From Isurus oxyrinchus (Eukaryota), in NCBI GenBank assembly GCA_026770705.1, contig JANJGN010000021.1, positions 100,254,001-100,318,000 of the forward strand: 64,000 nt of DNA, given 5' to 3'. The position numbers were made by a program, and so were the translations under genes. The notes under the pieces are model-generated. The model saw nothing but the letters and a program-made list of their open reading frames with translations. It searched no databases and had not been told where the DNA came from. This document shows positions 48,401 to 61,579 of the stretch, one piece after another. Within the stretch, counting starts at the first letter, position 1. Each line of letters opens with the position of its first letter.

Positions 48401-48631
48401 CACTTTTCACATCACCAAGATATCTTAAATTATTCCACGTGCCCCTGTCTAATTAAATTCTCACCTGGAAAATATCGCGTCACAAAGCCTCCATCAACTT
48501 TTAGGTTCCCTCTCCTGCAGGAAGACAGGCCTAGGAATCCCGAATTTTAAATCGGCTCACCTCACCTTACCCCCCACCTTATCCCTGTAACCTCGACCTG
48601 CGCCGCGCACCTTTTCCAAACTCCGCAACAT
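39448..48631 (-). CDS. Candidate spliced uncharacterised gene: exons 48631-48571, 47334-47216, 40545-40509, 39532-39448
   Basis: GT/AG sites with compatible phases (1,0,1) give one open frame: MLRSLEKVRGAGRGYRDKVG-A-SLSPFQVSLYEEAHDTFQVRHSMCFQDQLVKYNPHRDFP-KYPQPSFQTILA-G-AKLNKQAAVWNKIYETAKNQPPTFFSTR; CpG-rich first exon; no confirmed homolog. Confidence 0.35.
40860..43760 (+). mobile_element. CR1 with 5' UTR and ORF1 (zinc finger/coiled coil plus SGNH esterase), ORF2 internally deleted
   Basis: MAGDFKAVVCSSCSMW..RKCVQLQLLEARVSEL; GDSIIRG..PGARVQDV..HVGTN; jumps from EN to RT at ~42660. Confidence 0.88.
43880..46565 (-). mobile_element. Second CR1 of the same subfamily, opposite orientation, internally deleted
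   Basis: MAGELKAIVCSSCSMW..; 5' UTR is the reverse complement of 40860 onward; 3' tail at 43880-44118. Confidence 0.88.
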
Positions 48632-48699
48632 GTCTTCAGTGTCGAGCCCCAAGTTCCGGAATTTGCTTCTTCCACTCTTATTCCGTTACCTTCGTTCAA

Positions 48700-51600
48700 C
48701 ACCACCCCCCCCCACTTCATCCTCCCACCAGCCCCCACAGCTCACCACCATTCCCCACTCCCCCCGCCCCCCTCACCCCTCAGCTCCCCCCGACTCCCCA
48801 TCAACCCACACCCCCACCCCCCACCCCCGGTTCCCCACACGCTCCCTCCTCCTCCCTCCGTCCCTCAGCACACTCAACCCCCTCACCCTCACCCTTTCCC
48901 CCACTCCCCCTTTCTCCCACTCCCCCTTTCCCCCAACTCCCCCTTTCTCCCACTCCCCCTTTCCCCCATTCCCTCCCCTTTTACCCCCTTCCCTCCCCTT
49001 TTACCCCCTTCCCTCCCCTTCACCCCCTTCCCTCCCCTTTACCCCTTTTACCTCCTTACCCCTTCCCTCGCCCTTCCCCTCCCCATCCCACCCCTCCCCA
49101 CCCCCTTTACCCCCTCACCCACCCCCTTTACCCCCACCCCACCCTCTTTACCCACTCCCCACCCCCTTTACCCACTCCCCCTACCCACACACCCACCCAC
49201 TTTACCCCCTCCCCCTTTACCACCTCCCCCTCCACTCCCCCTTTACCTCCTCCACATTTACCCCCACCCCCTCCCCACCTCCCCCTCCCCTCACCCCCCT
49301 TCACCACCTCCCCCTTCCCCACCTCCCCCACCACTTTCTCCCTCCCCCTTTCCTCACTTCTCCTTTCCTCACTTCCCCTTTCCCCATTCCCCTTTCCCCC
49401 CTCGCCCTCCCCTTTTCCCTACCATTTCCTTTCCCCGCTGCCCCAACCCCTTTCCCCCTCTCCCTCCTCTCCCTCCCCCTTCCCCTACCCCTCCCCCTTC
49501 CCCCTACCCCTCCCCCTTTCCCCTACCCCTCAACCATTCCCCCTACCCCACCCCCTTTCCCCCCTCCCCCTTTCCCCTACCCCTCCCCATTTCCCCATAC
49601 CCCTCCCCATTTCCCCCCTACCCCTTACCCCCTTTCCCCCTCCCCCTTTCCCCCTCCCCCTTTCCCCCTCCCCCTTTCCGCCTCCCCCTTTCCCCTTTCT
49701 CCCATCCTCCTCTCCCCTTTCTCCCATCCTCCTCTCCCCTTTCCCCCACCCCTTCCCCCCCTCCACTCCCCCAATCCCCCCTCCCCCTTTCCACCTTCCC
49801 CTCCCCTTTCCATTCTCACCTCCCCTTTCCACCTTCCCCTCCCCTTTCCCCCTTCACCTCCCTCTTCATCTCCCCCTTTTCCCCACTTCCCTTTCCCCCT
49901 CCCGCTTTCCCCCTTTTCCCCTTTCCCCTCCCCCTTTTCCCCCTTTCCCCCCTTTCCCCCCTCCCCTTTCCCCCTCCCCTTTCCCCTCCCCCTTACTCCT
50001 CCCCCTTTCACCCTCCCCTCCCCTTACCGCTCCCCCTCCCACCTTTTCCCCCTCCCCCCTTTCACCTTCCTGCTCTGCCTTTCCCCCTCCCCCTCCTGCC
50101 TTTCCCCACACATCAACCCCCCTTTCACCCTCCCCTTTCCAATTTCCCCTTTCCCTTGCCCCTTTCCCTTGCCCCACTCTCTTCCCCTTTCCCTCTCTCG
50201 CCCTTCGTCTCTCACTCTTCCTCTCTACCCCTCCCTCTCTCCCCCTCCCTCTCTCCCCCTACCCCTTTCCCCCTACCCCTTTCCCCTCCCCCTTACCGTA
50301 CATTCACCCTCCCCCATCCCCTCCCCCTTACCCCACCTTCCCCTTGCCCTTACCCGACCTTCCCGCTCCCCCTCCTCTTCACCTCCCCCTACCCCCTTCC
50401 CCATCCCCCTGCCTCTCCCCCTTCCCCTCCCCCCCCACCCTCAGTCTAGCCTTTCCCCGTACCCCTCCCCTTTCCTACCTTACCCCACTCCCCTTCCCCC
50501 TCCCCTTCTGCTCTCCCTCCCCTCACCCATCCCTTTCCCAACACCCTACCCCTCCTGCTACCCGCCGTGCCCCCTCCCTGACCTCACCCTCTCCCTCCCT
50601 CCTCACACTCACCCTCCCCCCTCCCAACACCTCCATCCCCGCACACCCCCTCCCCTCACTGTCCCACTCCCCTCCCCCTCCCCCTCGCCCTCGCCCACCC
50701 CCCTCGCCCTCGCCCTCACCCACCCCCTCACTGCTCCCACTTCCCATCCCCCTTTCACCATCCACCTTTCCCCCTCCCCTCCCCTTTCCCACTCCCCCCA
50801 CCTCATTTCCCCCTTCCCGCCTCCACCTCCATGTTTCCCCCCTCCCCTTTCCCCCACCCCCTTACCACATCCCCCCTTACCCCCATTCCCCCTTCCCCCT
50901 CCCCCACCCAATTTCCCCCTCCCCCTTTCCCTCTCACCCTCCCACTTTCATCCCTTCCCTTCCCCCTCCCCTTCCCCTTCCCCTCTCCCCATTTTATCCC
51001 TCCCCTTCGCCCCTTTCCCTGTTTCACCCCTCCACTTCCCCCTCCCGCTTCCCCATGTCACCCTTCCACCACCTACCCCCATTGTCTTCCCAACACTCCC
51101 TCCCACTCCCCACCCCCCTCCAAGCTCCCCCTTTCTCCCTTCCTCCCGCCTAGCCATTCCCCACTTCCCCTTCCCGTCTCCTTCCCTCCTCCCCCTCCCC
51201 CTCCCCCCTTCACCCCTTCCCCTTCCCACTTCCTCACCTCACCCTTCCGCCACATGCCCCCATCCCCTGCCCCACTACCCCTCCTGCTCTCCAACCCTCT
51301 CCCTCCACGCTCCCCCTTTCCCCAAATCCCCTGCCTACCCATTCCCCAATTCCGCTCCCCTCCCACTGCCCCCCTTCCCCCTCCTGCTCCCCCTCCCCCA
51401 CACCCCCTTCCCCTCCATCCCCCTCCCCAATCTTTCCCCCTCCCCTCCCCTTCCCCCTCCACATTCACCCTTTCCCTACATTACCCATACCTTTTCCCCC
51501 CTCACCCTGCCCTTGCCCACTGCACCACCCCCTCCCCTTTCCCACCTCCCCCCGCCCTCCATCTCCCACTACCCCACACTCCATCTCCCACTCCCACCCC

Positions 51601-54600
51601 TTCCCACACCCCCTCACTCCCCCTCCCCTCCCCCTTCCCCCACCCTGTTCCCCCACCCCTCCTCTCCCCCCTTCCCCCACCGTCTTCCCCCACCCCTCCT
51701 CTCCCCCTTCCCTCCACCCCTTCCCCCAACTTCTTTCCCCACCCCTTTCTCCCTCCCCTTCTCCCTCCCCTTCCCCCTCCCCTTGCCCCTCCCCTTCCAG
51801 CTCCTTTGCCACTTCCCCTTCCAGCTTCCCCCTCCAGCTTCCCCCACCCGCTTCCTGCTCCCCCTTGCCCCTCCCCCTTGCCCCTCCCCATGCCCCTCCC
51901 CTTGCCACTCCCCCTTGCCCCTAGCCTCCCCTTCACCCTCCCCCTCCCTATTCCCCCTCCCCCCTTTCCCCCTCCAGCTTTTCCCCCTCCCCTTTCAACT
52001 CTCCCCTTTCCCCTTCCCCTTTCCCCCTCCCCTTCCCCCATTTCCCCCCTCACCCTTGCCCCCTCGCCATTGCCCCCACTCCCCTTCCCCCTCCCACAAC
52101 CCTCCCCTACACACCCTTCCCCTTCCCCTCACCCTCCTCTGCCCCCACCTTCCCCCTCCCCTCCCCCTCCCCAACTTTCCCATATGCCCTCCCCCTCCCC
52201 ATTCACCCTTTCCCCTCTCCCCTTTCCCCCTCCCATTACCCATACCCCTTTCGCTGCTCCCCAACCTTCCCCATCCCCTCCCCCTCCCCTCCCCCTACTC
52301 CTCCCCATTCACCCTTTCCCCCTCCCACTTTCCCCCTCCCATTACCCCTACCCCTTTCACCCTTTTTCCTCCACCTCCCCTTCCCCCTCCAACTGCCACT
52401 CCCCACTCCCCGTCCCTCCCCCACCCACTTTACCTCACCCCTCCCCGTCCCCCTTTCCTACTTCACCTCCCCCTCCCGCTTTGTCCCTCCCCTGCCCCTC
52501 CCCCTCCCCATTTACCCCCTCCCCTTTGCCCCTACTCCTCCCCCCTAAGTCAACCCCTCCCCTCCCATTTTCCCCGCCCCTCCCATATGCCTTCCCACTT
52601 CGCTTTCCCCTTCACCTCCCCCTCCCCCTTCCCCCCTCCTCACCCCCCCTCCCACTGCCTCTCTCTCTCCCATTTCCCCCCTCCCCCTCCCTTTACCCCT
52701 TCCACCCTCCCCCTCTTTCTTCCCCCCTTACCCCACTACCCTTTGCCCTCACCTTCTGCTCTGCCTCAGCCTCCCCCTCCCCATTTCCCTCACCCTACAC
52801 CCCCTCCCCCGCCCTTCAACTCCTTTCACGCGTTCACACCCTCACCCTCCCCTTCTTTGACCATCTCCCTCGATCCCTGCCACCCCCTCCCCCTCCATCC
52901 TTGCCTCCTGCACGTCCATCCCTGCCTCCACCTCCCCCTCCATCCCTGCCTCCCCCCTGTCCTCCCCATTCCATTACACCTCCCTCCACCTCCTATCCCG
53001 CTCCCCTCCCTCCCCATCCCACTACCCCCCTCGCTCCTCCCCCTCGCTCCTCTCCCGCCTCCTTTCCCCATCTCCCTCCCCTTTCCCTCTCCCCCTACCT
53101 CCCATTCCCCTCACCACCTTTCCCCCTCACCCATTCCCCCTCCCCTTCCCCCCTTTCACCCCACCCCTTCGTCCCCTTGCCCCCTTTCCCCCCCCAACCC
53201 TTCCTACCCCTCCCCCTCTCCCTCTTCCCTTTCGCCCTCAGCCCTCTTGCCCTCAGCCCTCTCGCCCTCAGCCCTTTCCCTTTTCCCTCTCCCCCTTCCC
53301 CCCTTTCGCCCTCCCCGTCCCATTCCCCCATCCCCTTCCCCTCACCTTCCCCTACCCTGCACTTCACCCTCCCCCTTTCCCCCACCCCCTTTCCCCCCTC
53401 CCCCTTTCCCCCTCCCCCTTTCCCCCTCCCCCTTTCCCCCTCCCGCTTTACCCCCCTCCCCTTTACCCCCTCCCCACTTTCCCCCTCCCCCTTTCCCCCC
53501 CTCCCCGCTGTCCCCCCCTCCCCGCTTTCCCCCCTCCCCACTTTCCCCCCTCCCCACTTTCCCCCCCTCCCCACTTTCCCCCCCTTCCTGCTTTCCCCCT
53601 CCCCGCTTCCCCCCTCCCCGCTTTCCCCCCCTTCCCGCTTTTCCCCCTCCCCACTTTCCCCCCCACTCCCCGCTTTCCCCCCACTCCCCGCTTTTCCCCC
53701 CCTCCCCGCTTTCAACCCCTCCCCACTTTCCCCCCCCACTCCCCGCTTTCCCCCCCCACTCCCCGCTTTCCTCCACTCCCTGCTTTCCCCCCACTCCCCG
53801 CTTTCCTCCCCTCCCCGCTTTCCCCCCCCCCCCGCTTTCAACCCCTCCCCACTTTCCCCCCCACTCCCCGCTTTCCCCCCCACTCCCCGCTTTCCCCCCC
53901 CACTCCCCACTTTCCTCCCCTCCCCGCTTTCCCCCCTCCCCACTTTCCCCCCCCACTCCCCGCTTTCCTACCCTCCCTGCTTTCCCCCCTCCCCGCTTTC
54001 AACCCCTCCCCGCTTTCCCCCCCCACTCCCCACTTTGACCCCCATTCCCCGCTTTGACCCCCACTCCCCCCCTTTTGACCCCCTCCCCCCTTTTGACCCC
54101 CTCCCCCTTTGACCCCCTCCCCCTTTCACCATATCCCTTTCCACCTTTCCACCTCACCCTATCCCTTTCCCTCTAACCCCACCTTCTCCCCCTCCCCATC
54201 CACTTCCCCCTCCCCTTTGCCCTCCCCTTTCACCTTTCCACTCCACATTTCCCCCCTTTCCCCTTCCCCCTTCACCCTCCCCCCCTTCCTCTCCCCCTTC
54301 ACCCTCCCCCCTTCCTCGCTCGCCCTTTCCTCCCTCCCCTTTCACACTTTCCCCACCCCTATCCCTTTCCCCCTTACTCCACCTTCCCTCTTCCCCTCCC
54401 ACTTCCCTCCCACTTCCCCTCCCACTTCCCCCCATTCCCTGCCCTCCCCCGTTCCTCCACCTTACTCTTCAAGCCCTACCCTCCCCCTCCCCACGCCTCG
54501 CTCGCCCCCTCCCCGCCTCGCTCGCCCCTCACCCGCCCTCCCTCGCCCCCTCTCCCGCCCTCCCTCGCCCCCTCTCCTGCCCTCCCTCGCCCCCTTTCCC

Positions 54601-57600
54601 ACCCTCCCTCGACCCCTCTCTGGCCCCTCCCTCGCCCCCTCTCCGGCCCCTCCCTCACCCACTCTCCCACCCCTCCCTCGGCCCCTCTCCTGCACCTCCC
54701 TTGGCCCCTCTCCCACCCCTCCCTCAGCCCCTCTCCCACCTCACCCTCACCCCCCTCTCCCGCCCCACACTCACCCCCGTCTCCCCCCCCCACTCTTGCC
54801 CCCCTCTGCTGCTCCACCCTCACCCCCCTCTCCCCCCCACACGCCCCCTCTCCTGCCCCACACTCGCCCCCCTCTCCTGCCCCACCCTCACCCCCTCTCC
54901 CCCCCCACCCTCGACCCCTCTCTGGCCCCACCCTCGCCCCCCTCCTCCACCCAACCATCGCCCCCCCTCTCCCGCCCTTCCCTCGCCCCCTCTCCCGCCC
55001 GTCCCTCGCCCCCTCTCCTGCCCCTCCCTCACCTCCTCTCCCGCCCGTCCCTCGCCCCCTCCCACCCTCCCTCGCTGCCCTCACCCTCCCTCCCTGCCCT
55101 CAACCTCCATCCCTCTCATTCCCTCCCTGCCCTCCCCCTCCCTCCCTTCCCTTCCCTCCCCTGCCCTCCCTGCTTTCCCCCTCCCTCCCTGCCCTAACCC
55201 TAACCCTAACCCCTCCCCCTCCCACTTTCCAAATCCCCCTTTCCTCTCCTCCACCCCCTCTCCTCCACCCCCTCTCCTTTCCCCTCGCCTTTCCCCTTCT
55301 CCTTTCTCCCTTTCTACCTCCCTCTTTCTACCTCCCCCTTTCTACCTCCCCTGCCAACCCCCTCCCCCATCCCCCTACCCCTCCCCTCCTCCACCTCCCA
55401 TACCCTTCCTCTCTCCCTCCTCTCCCACACTCCCACTCCCCTCCCCCACCCTCCCTGCCCTCCCGCTCCCCCTCTCTCCCTCCTCTTCCCCTCCCCCTCT
55501 CTCTGCCCTTCCCCTTCCCCTCCCTCCCTGCTCTCCCCCTCCCCCTCCCTCCCTGCCCTCCCCCTGAACCTCGCTCCCTGCCCTCCACTTCCCCCCCTCT
55601 CCCTGCCCTTCCCCTCCCTCTCTGCCATTGCCCTCCACCTCCCTCCCTGTTCTCCCCATCCCCCTACCTCCCATCCCCCTCCCCTCCCCAACCTCCCTGC
55701 CCTCCCCTCCTCCTCCCCCTCCCTCCCTGCCCTCCCCATCCCCCTACCCGGCCCCTCACCCTCCTCCGCTCTCCCCTGCCCTCACCCTCCTATGCCCTCC
55801 CCCGCCCCCTGCACCTCCTCTCCCCCTTTCCCACTCTCCCCCTGCCCACACCATCCCCCTCCCCCTTTTCCCCTCCCCCTTTCCCCCTCCCCCTTTCCCC
55901 CTTTCCCACTCTCCCCCCTCCCCCGTTCCCACTCTCCCCCTTTCTCACTCGCACCCCCCTCCCTGCCCGCCCTCTCCCACTCCCCCACCCTCCCTTTCCC
56001 GCTCCCTCACCCTCCCCTCCCCATCCCTCCCCCTCCCCGCCCTCCCCGCCCTCACCCGCCCCCTCACCACTCCTCTGCCCTCCCCTCCACCCTCTGCCCT
56101 CCCCCTCCACTGCCATCCCCACCACACCCCCTCATTCCCCTCCCCGACTTCCCCCTCCCACTCTCCTCCCTCGCCCACCCCACCCACACCCATCCTTCCC
56201 CTCCCTCGCCCTCCCCTCCCCTCACTCACCCTCCCCTCCACTCCCTCACCCTCCCATTCTCGCGCTCCTCCTCCCCCTCCCTCACCCTCCCCTTCCCCTT
56301 CCTCGCCCTCCCACTCCCTCCCCCTCCCCCTACCCTTCCCACACACCCTCCACCTCACCCCTTCCCCTCCACCTCGCCCCTTCCCCCTCCACATCGCCCC
56401 TTCCCCCTCCACCTTTCCCCTTCCCCCTCCACCTTTCCCCTTCCCCCTCCACCGCCCCCTTCCCCCTCCACTGCCCCTTCCCCTTCCATTGCCCCTTCCC
56501 CTCCACTTTCCCCCTCCAACTCCCCGTTCACCCTCCACCTCTCCCCTTCCCCCTTCCCCCTCCACCTCCCTCTTTCCAACCCTCCCCCTCCAGCTTTAGC
56601 CCCTCCCCCTCCAGCTTTCCCCCTGCCCCTCCCCTTCCCGCGCCCTCACTCTCCCCCTCCCGCACCCTCGCTCTCCCCCCTCCCGCGCCCTCGCTCTCCC
56701 CCTCCCGCGCCCCTCGCTCTGCCCCTCCCATGCACTCGCTCTCCCCCTCCCGCGCCCTCGCTCTCCCCCTCCCGCGCTCTCGCTCTCCCCCTCCCGCGCC
56801 CTCGCTCTGCCCCTCCCGCACCCTCGCTCTCCCCCTCCCGCGCCCTCGCTCTCCCCCTCCCACGCCCTCGCTCTCCCCCTCCCGCGCCCTTGCTCTCCCC
56901 CTCCCGTGCCCTCGCTCTCCCCCACCCGTGCCCTCGCTCTCCCCCCCCGGTGCCCTCGCTCTCCCCCTCCTGCTCCCTCTCTCTCCCCTTCCTGCGCCCT
57001 CTCTCTCCCCTTCCTGCGCCCTCACCCTCCCCCTCCTTCCCCGCCCTCCCCCTCCCCTGCCCTCCCCCCTCGCTTGCACTCCCCCTCCCACACACCCTCA
57101 CTCCCCCTGCCCCGACTTCCCCCTCACACTCTCCTCCATCACCCTCCTCTTCTCCCTCCCCCTCCCTGCCTTGCCCTCCCCTCCCCTCCCTCACCCATCC
57201 CTCCCCTCCCTCCCCCTCCCCCTCCCCTTCCCCTCCACCTCACCCCTTCCCCCTCTACCTCCCTCTTTCCAACCATCCCCCTCCCCTCCCCCTCCAGTTA
57301 TCCCCCTCCCTCTTTCCCCCTCCCCCTCTGCTTTCCCCCTCTCCCTCCCGCTTTCCCCCTTCCCCCTCTCGATTTCCCCCTCCCCTCCCCCTCCTGCCCC
57401 CTCCCACTTTCCCCCCTCCCCCTCCCACTTTCCCCCATCCCCCTCCCACTTTCCCCCATCCCCCTCCCACTTTCCCCCATCCCCCTCCCACTTCCCCATC
57501 CCCCTCCCACTTTCCCCCTTCCCTCCCACTTTCCCCCTCCCCCTCCCACTTTCCCCCCTCCTCCTCCAACTTTGCCCCTCCCCCTCCCACTTCCCCTCCC

Positions 57601-58752
57601 TCTCCCCCTCCCACTTCCCCTCCCACTCGCCCTCCTGCGCCCTCCCACTCCCCCTCCTGCGCCCTCCCACTCCCCCTCCTGCACCCTCCCACTCCCCCTC
57701 TCACGCCCTCCCACTCCCCCTCCTGCGCCCTCCCCTCCCCCTTCCTCCCCTTCCTCTCCACCCTCCCCACCCTCTCCTGCCCCTCCCTCCCTGCCCACCC
57801 CCTCCTCTGCCCTCCCCTGCCCTCCCCCTCCCACACCCCCTCACTCCCCCTCCACGATCTCCCCCTCCCTCTTTCCTCCATTGCCCTTCTCTTCTCCCTC
57901 CCCCTCCCCTGCCTTGGCCTCCCTCTCCCCTCCCTCACCCACCCCTCCCCTCCCTCCCCCTCCCCTTCTGAATCCCCCTCCCCTTCCCCCTCTACCTCCC
58001 TCTTTCCAACCCTCCCCCTCCAGTTTTCCCCCATCCCCTCCCCTCCCCTCCCTCTTTCCCCCTCCCCTCCTGCTTTTCCCCTCCCCCTCCTGCTTTCCCC
58101 CCCTCCACCTCCTGCTTTTCCCCCTCCCCCTCCTGCTTTCCCCCCTCCACCTCCTGCTTTCCCCCCTCCCCCTCCCAATTTCCCCCTCCCCTCCCACTTT
58201 CCCCCTCCCCCTTCCACTCCCCCCCACTTTCCCCCTCCCCCTCCCACTTTCCCCCTCCCCCTCCCGCTATCCCCATCCCCCTCCTGCTTTCCCCCATCCC
58301 CCTCCCGCTTCCCCTCATCTCCCTCCCGCTTTCCCCCCATCCCCCTCCTGCTTCCCTCCCATCCCCCTCATGCTTTACCCCCCATCCCCCTCCCGCTTTC
58401 CCCCCATGCCCCTCCCACTTTCCCCCTCCCACTTTCCCCCCTCCCCTACAACTTTCCCCCTCCCCTCCCACTTCGCCCCATCTCCCCCTCCCACACCCTC
58501 CCTCTCCCCCTCCAAAGGCCTCCATTTCCCCCTCTCACGCCCTCCCCCCCACCCTCCCCACCCTCCCCTGCCCTCCCCCTCTGTCACCCCCTCACTCACC
58601 CTCCCCCGACTTCCCCCTCCCACTCAGCTCCATCACCCTTCCCTTCTCCCTCCCCCACCCCTGCCTCGCCATCCCCCTCCCTTCCCTCACCCACCTCTCC
58701 CCTTCCCAGTCCCCCTCCCCTTCCCCCTCCACCTCCCTCTTTCCAACCCTCC
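48700..58752. repeat. ~10 kb C/T-rich (minus-strand G-rich) low-complexity tract with nested minisatellites
   Basis: Almost only C and T on the plus strand; sub-arrays such as CTCCCGCGCCCTCGCTCTCCCC (~56630-56970), CCCCTCCCACTTTCCCCCATC (~57400-57560) and CCCCGCTTTCCCCCCCACT (~53500-54030); (CCCTAA)3 at 55192-55209. Confidence 0.97.
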
Positions 58753-60330
58753 CACTTAAAAGTGGACAGATCTCCAGGTCCAGATGATTTGTGTCCCAGA
58801 CTTATGAGAGAAGCAAGAAAGGAGATTGCAGTGGCTCTGACCCAAATTTTTACTTTCTCTCTGGCCACGGGGGAGGTGCCAGAGGACTGGAGAACTGTTA
58901 ATGTGGTTCTGCTATTTAAGAAGAATTGCACAGATAAGTCAGGGAACTAAAGCCAGTGAGTCTTACATCAGTGGTAGGGAAATTAATGGAGACAATTCTG
59001 AAGGAGAGAATCTATCTCCACTTGGAGAGACAAGGTTTGATCAGGGATAGTCAGCTTGGATTTGTCAGAGAGAGGTCATACCTAATAAATTTGATTGAAT
59101 TTTTTGAAGAGGTGACCAGGTGTGTAGGTGAGGGTAGTGCAGTTGATGTAGTTCATATGGATTTCAGCAAAGCCTTTGACAAGGTCCCACATGGGAGACT
59201 TATAAAGAAGGCAAATGCGCGTGGGATGTGGGGTACTTTGATAAGGTGGATTCAAAATTGGCTTAGTTGTAGGAGACAGAGGGTGATGAGAGCAGGCTGC
59301 TATGGTGACTGGAAGCCAGTGTCCAGTGGTGCACCACTAGAATCTGTGCTGGGTCCCTTATTATACATGATTTATATAAACCTCATACATGACTATGTGG
59401 GGGGTAAGATTAGCATGTTTGTGGATGATGCAAAGATTGGCCGTTTGGTTGTCAGTGAGGTTGAGTGTCTTGGGCTACAGGAAGATTTTTATGGGATAAT
59501 CAAATGGGCAGATGGAATTTAACCCTGAAAAGTGTGAGGCGCTACACTTTTGAAGGAGTAATTTGACAAGGAAGTATTCAACGAATGGCATGACACTTGG
59601 AAGTTCTGAGGAACAAAGGGACCTTGGTGTGTGTGTCCATTGATCTCTGAAGACAGAGAGGCATGTTAGTGGGGTGGTGAAAAAGGCATTTGGGACACTT
59701 GCCTTTATCAATCGAGGCATAGATTTCAAAAATAGGGATGTGATATTGGAGTTGTATAGAACCTTGGTGATGCCACAGCTGGAGTATTGTGTGCAGTTCT
59801 GGTCACAACATTATCAGAAGGATGTGATTGCACTGGAGAGGGTGCAGATGGGATTGACCAGGATGTTGCCTTGGATGAAACATTTAAGTTATGAAGAGAG
59901 GTTGGATAGACTTGGGTTGTTTTTATTGGAGCAGGGAAGACTGGGGGGCGACCTGATCGAGTGCAGTAGATTATGAGGGGCACGGACAGGATGGATAGGG
60001 AGCCGCTGTTCCCCTTATTTGAAGGGTCAATCACAAGGAGACACAAGTTCAAAGTGAGGGGCAGGATGTTTAGGGGGTATGTGAGGAAAACCCTTTTTAC
60101 CCAGAGGGTGGTGACGGTTTGGAATGCACTGCCTGGGAGGGTGTTGGAGGTGGGTTGCCTCACATCCTTTAAAAAGTACCTGTATGAGTACTTGGCACGT
60201 CATAACATTCAAGGCTATGGGCCAAGTGCTGGTAAATGGGATTAGGTAGGTAGGTCAGGTGTTTCTCACGTGTCGGTGCTGACTCGATGGGCCGAAGGGC
60301 CTCTTCTACACTGTGCGATTCTGTGAATCT
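58753..60330 (+). mobile_element. CR1 RT to 3' end
   Basis: LKVDRSPGPDD, DFSKAFDKVPH, LEYCVQFWSQ; tail repeat GATTCTGTGAATCTGTG. Confidence 0.9.
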
Positions 60331-61536
60331 GTGACCAAACCTTTGGCCACCTGAATCCATTTTTGTTGTTTACGTCTCAGTGAAGCGCCGTGGGACTTTT
60401 TTTCTCTCTGTCGTTGCCATTATTGTTCTTATTCTGTGAGTGTTTGGTGGACTCTGTTCTCCATACAAAGCTCCAAATATAGATTTTGGACGCACCCATG
60501 CCATTACAGGAGACCTATTCTTCAGAATCAGCACTGAAGCTGCTTTTCAATGTCAGTCCACAAATAAGTATTGGAATAGGGAATACATATATCCGTTTAG
60601 TGTGTGTATTAATTAAACCCATGTAAAATTGTTCGCCTATGGATAAAGTGAAATCAAATCCGTCCATTATTTTTTTTACAAGCGCAGTTCAGTTAACTTC
60701 TAATTCAATGCATTTTGCATTGCATTCTGAAGATTGGAATTAGCTCCAGACTGCAGTCTTCATTTAAATAGGCCGTTTACACGAGTCCGCTTTCTATATT
60801 CTGAAAGAGAACACCACAGGAAGGCATGCAGTAATCAACTGAGTCTAGTGGAAACATGAAACATAATACCCAACGCCCTCGTGTATCACCGGATACCCAG
60901 CACATGAGATGAAAACATTTTACGTCTCACATCTCACTTCTGCTCCACTGAAAACTTCCACCTGTCTCCTCACCTGCCAGATTATGAGCAATTGATATGC
61001 ACTTAAAACAGTTCTATTTTAATTACATCTATTGCAATTTTGATCCAGTCATTGTTCCTCCTCCAATCGAGATGATCGGTACCATTTGTAAATTAATGTG
61101 CTCATTTCAATCATTCTGAGTATGCAGCCCTCACCCTGCACTGGTAACCCCTAAAAAAAGTAGCCTTTAGATTACTTAAACTGACTCTGTATGTAACTCC
61201 CCGGAAAGAAGAAATATAAAACATCCGCGCACCCTTAGTCTCCGTCCCCCGTCTCTTAGCCAACTACGAATCCAAGTTGCGAGGTCAGGCAAACGACCTA
61301 CCACAAGAGTGTACGATTGCTGGAGCAACGCGCGCGTGTCTGTTTAAGAGCGAGTCAGGGCAATCTGCTTGAGGAGATACTGCGGTTTTGTAGACAGCTT
61401 ATAGGTCATTTTTGCATTTTTCTTTCCATTCCCTCATATCCGGAGATTGATTCAAGTTCTCTGTTCCAGTGCATTATTCAAAAGTTCCTGTCCGTACACT
61501 ACCTGGACTGAAAGTATTCTACCGCCTCCAGGGAGA

Positions 61537-61579
61537 ATGCGCTGGGTTGCAGTCAGTTGGACAATTGCTGTTTTCTCCG
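61537..61579 (+). CDS. NCR3: NKp30/NCR3-like receptor, leader exon
   Basis: ATG CGC TGG ... TTC TCC G|GTAAGT = MRWVAVSWTIAVFS plus a phase-1 donor; splices in frame (G+CG = Ala) to the V exon at 63658. Confidence 0.8.

Noticed and set aside
55192-55212. Interstitial telomere or fusion site
   Set aside because: Only three CCCTAA units within a C-rich tract; too short to support
48630-58950. Very long Pro-rich and Gly-rich ORFs (up to 1802 aa)
   Set aside because: Artefact of C/T-only low complexity that rarely forms stop codons; open in many frames on both strands
60381-60435. Apparent exon encoding KRRGTFFLSVVAIIVLIL (TM-like)
   Set aside because: Overlaps what looks like an L2-type LINE 3' tail (GACCAAACCTTTGGCCACCTG..GTGAAGCGCCGTGGGAC); probably chance splice signals
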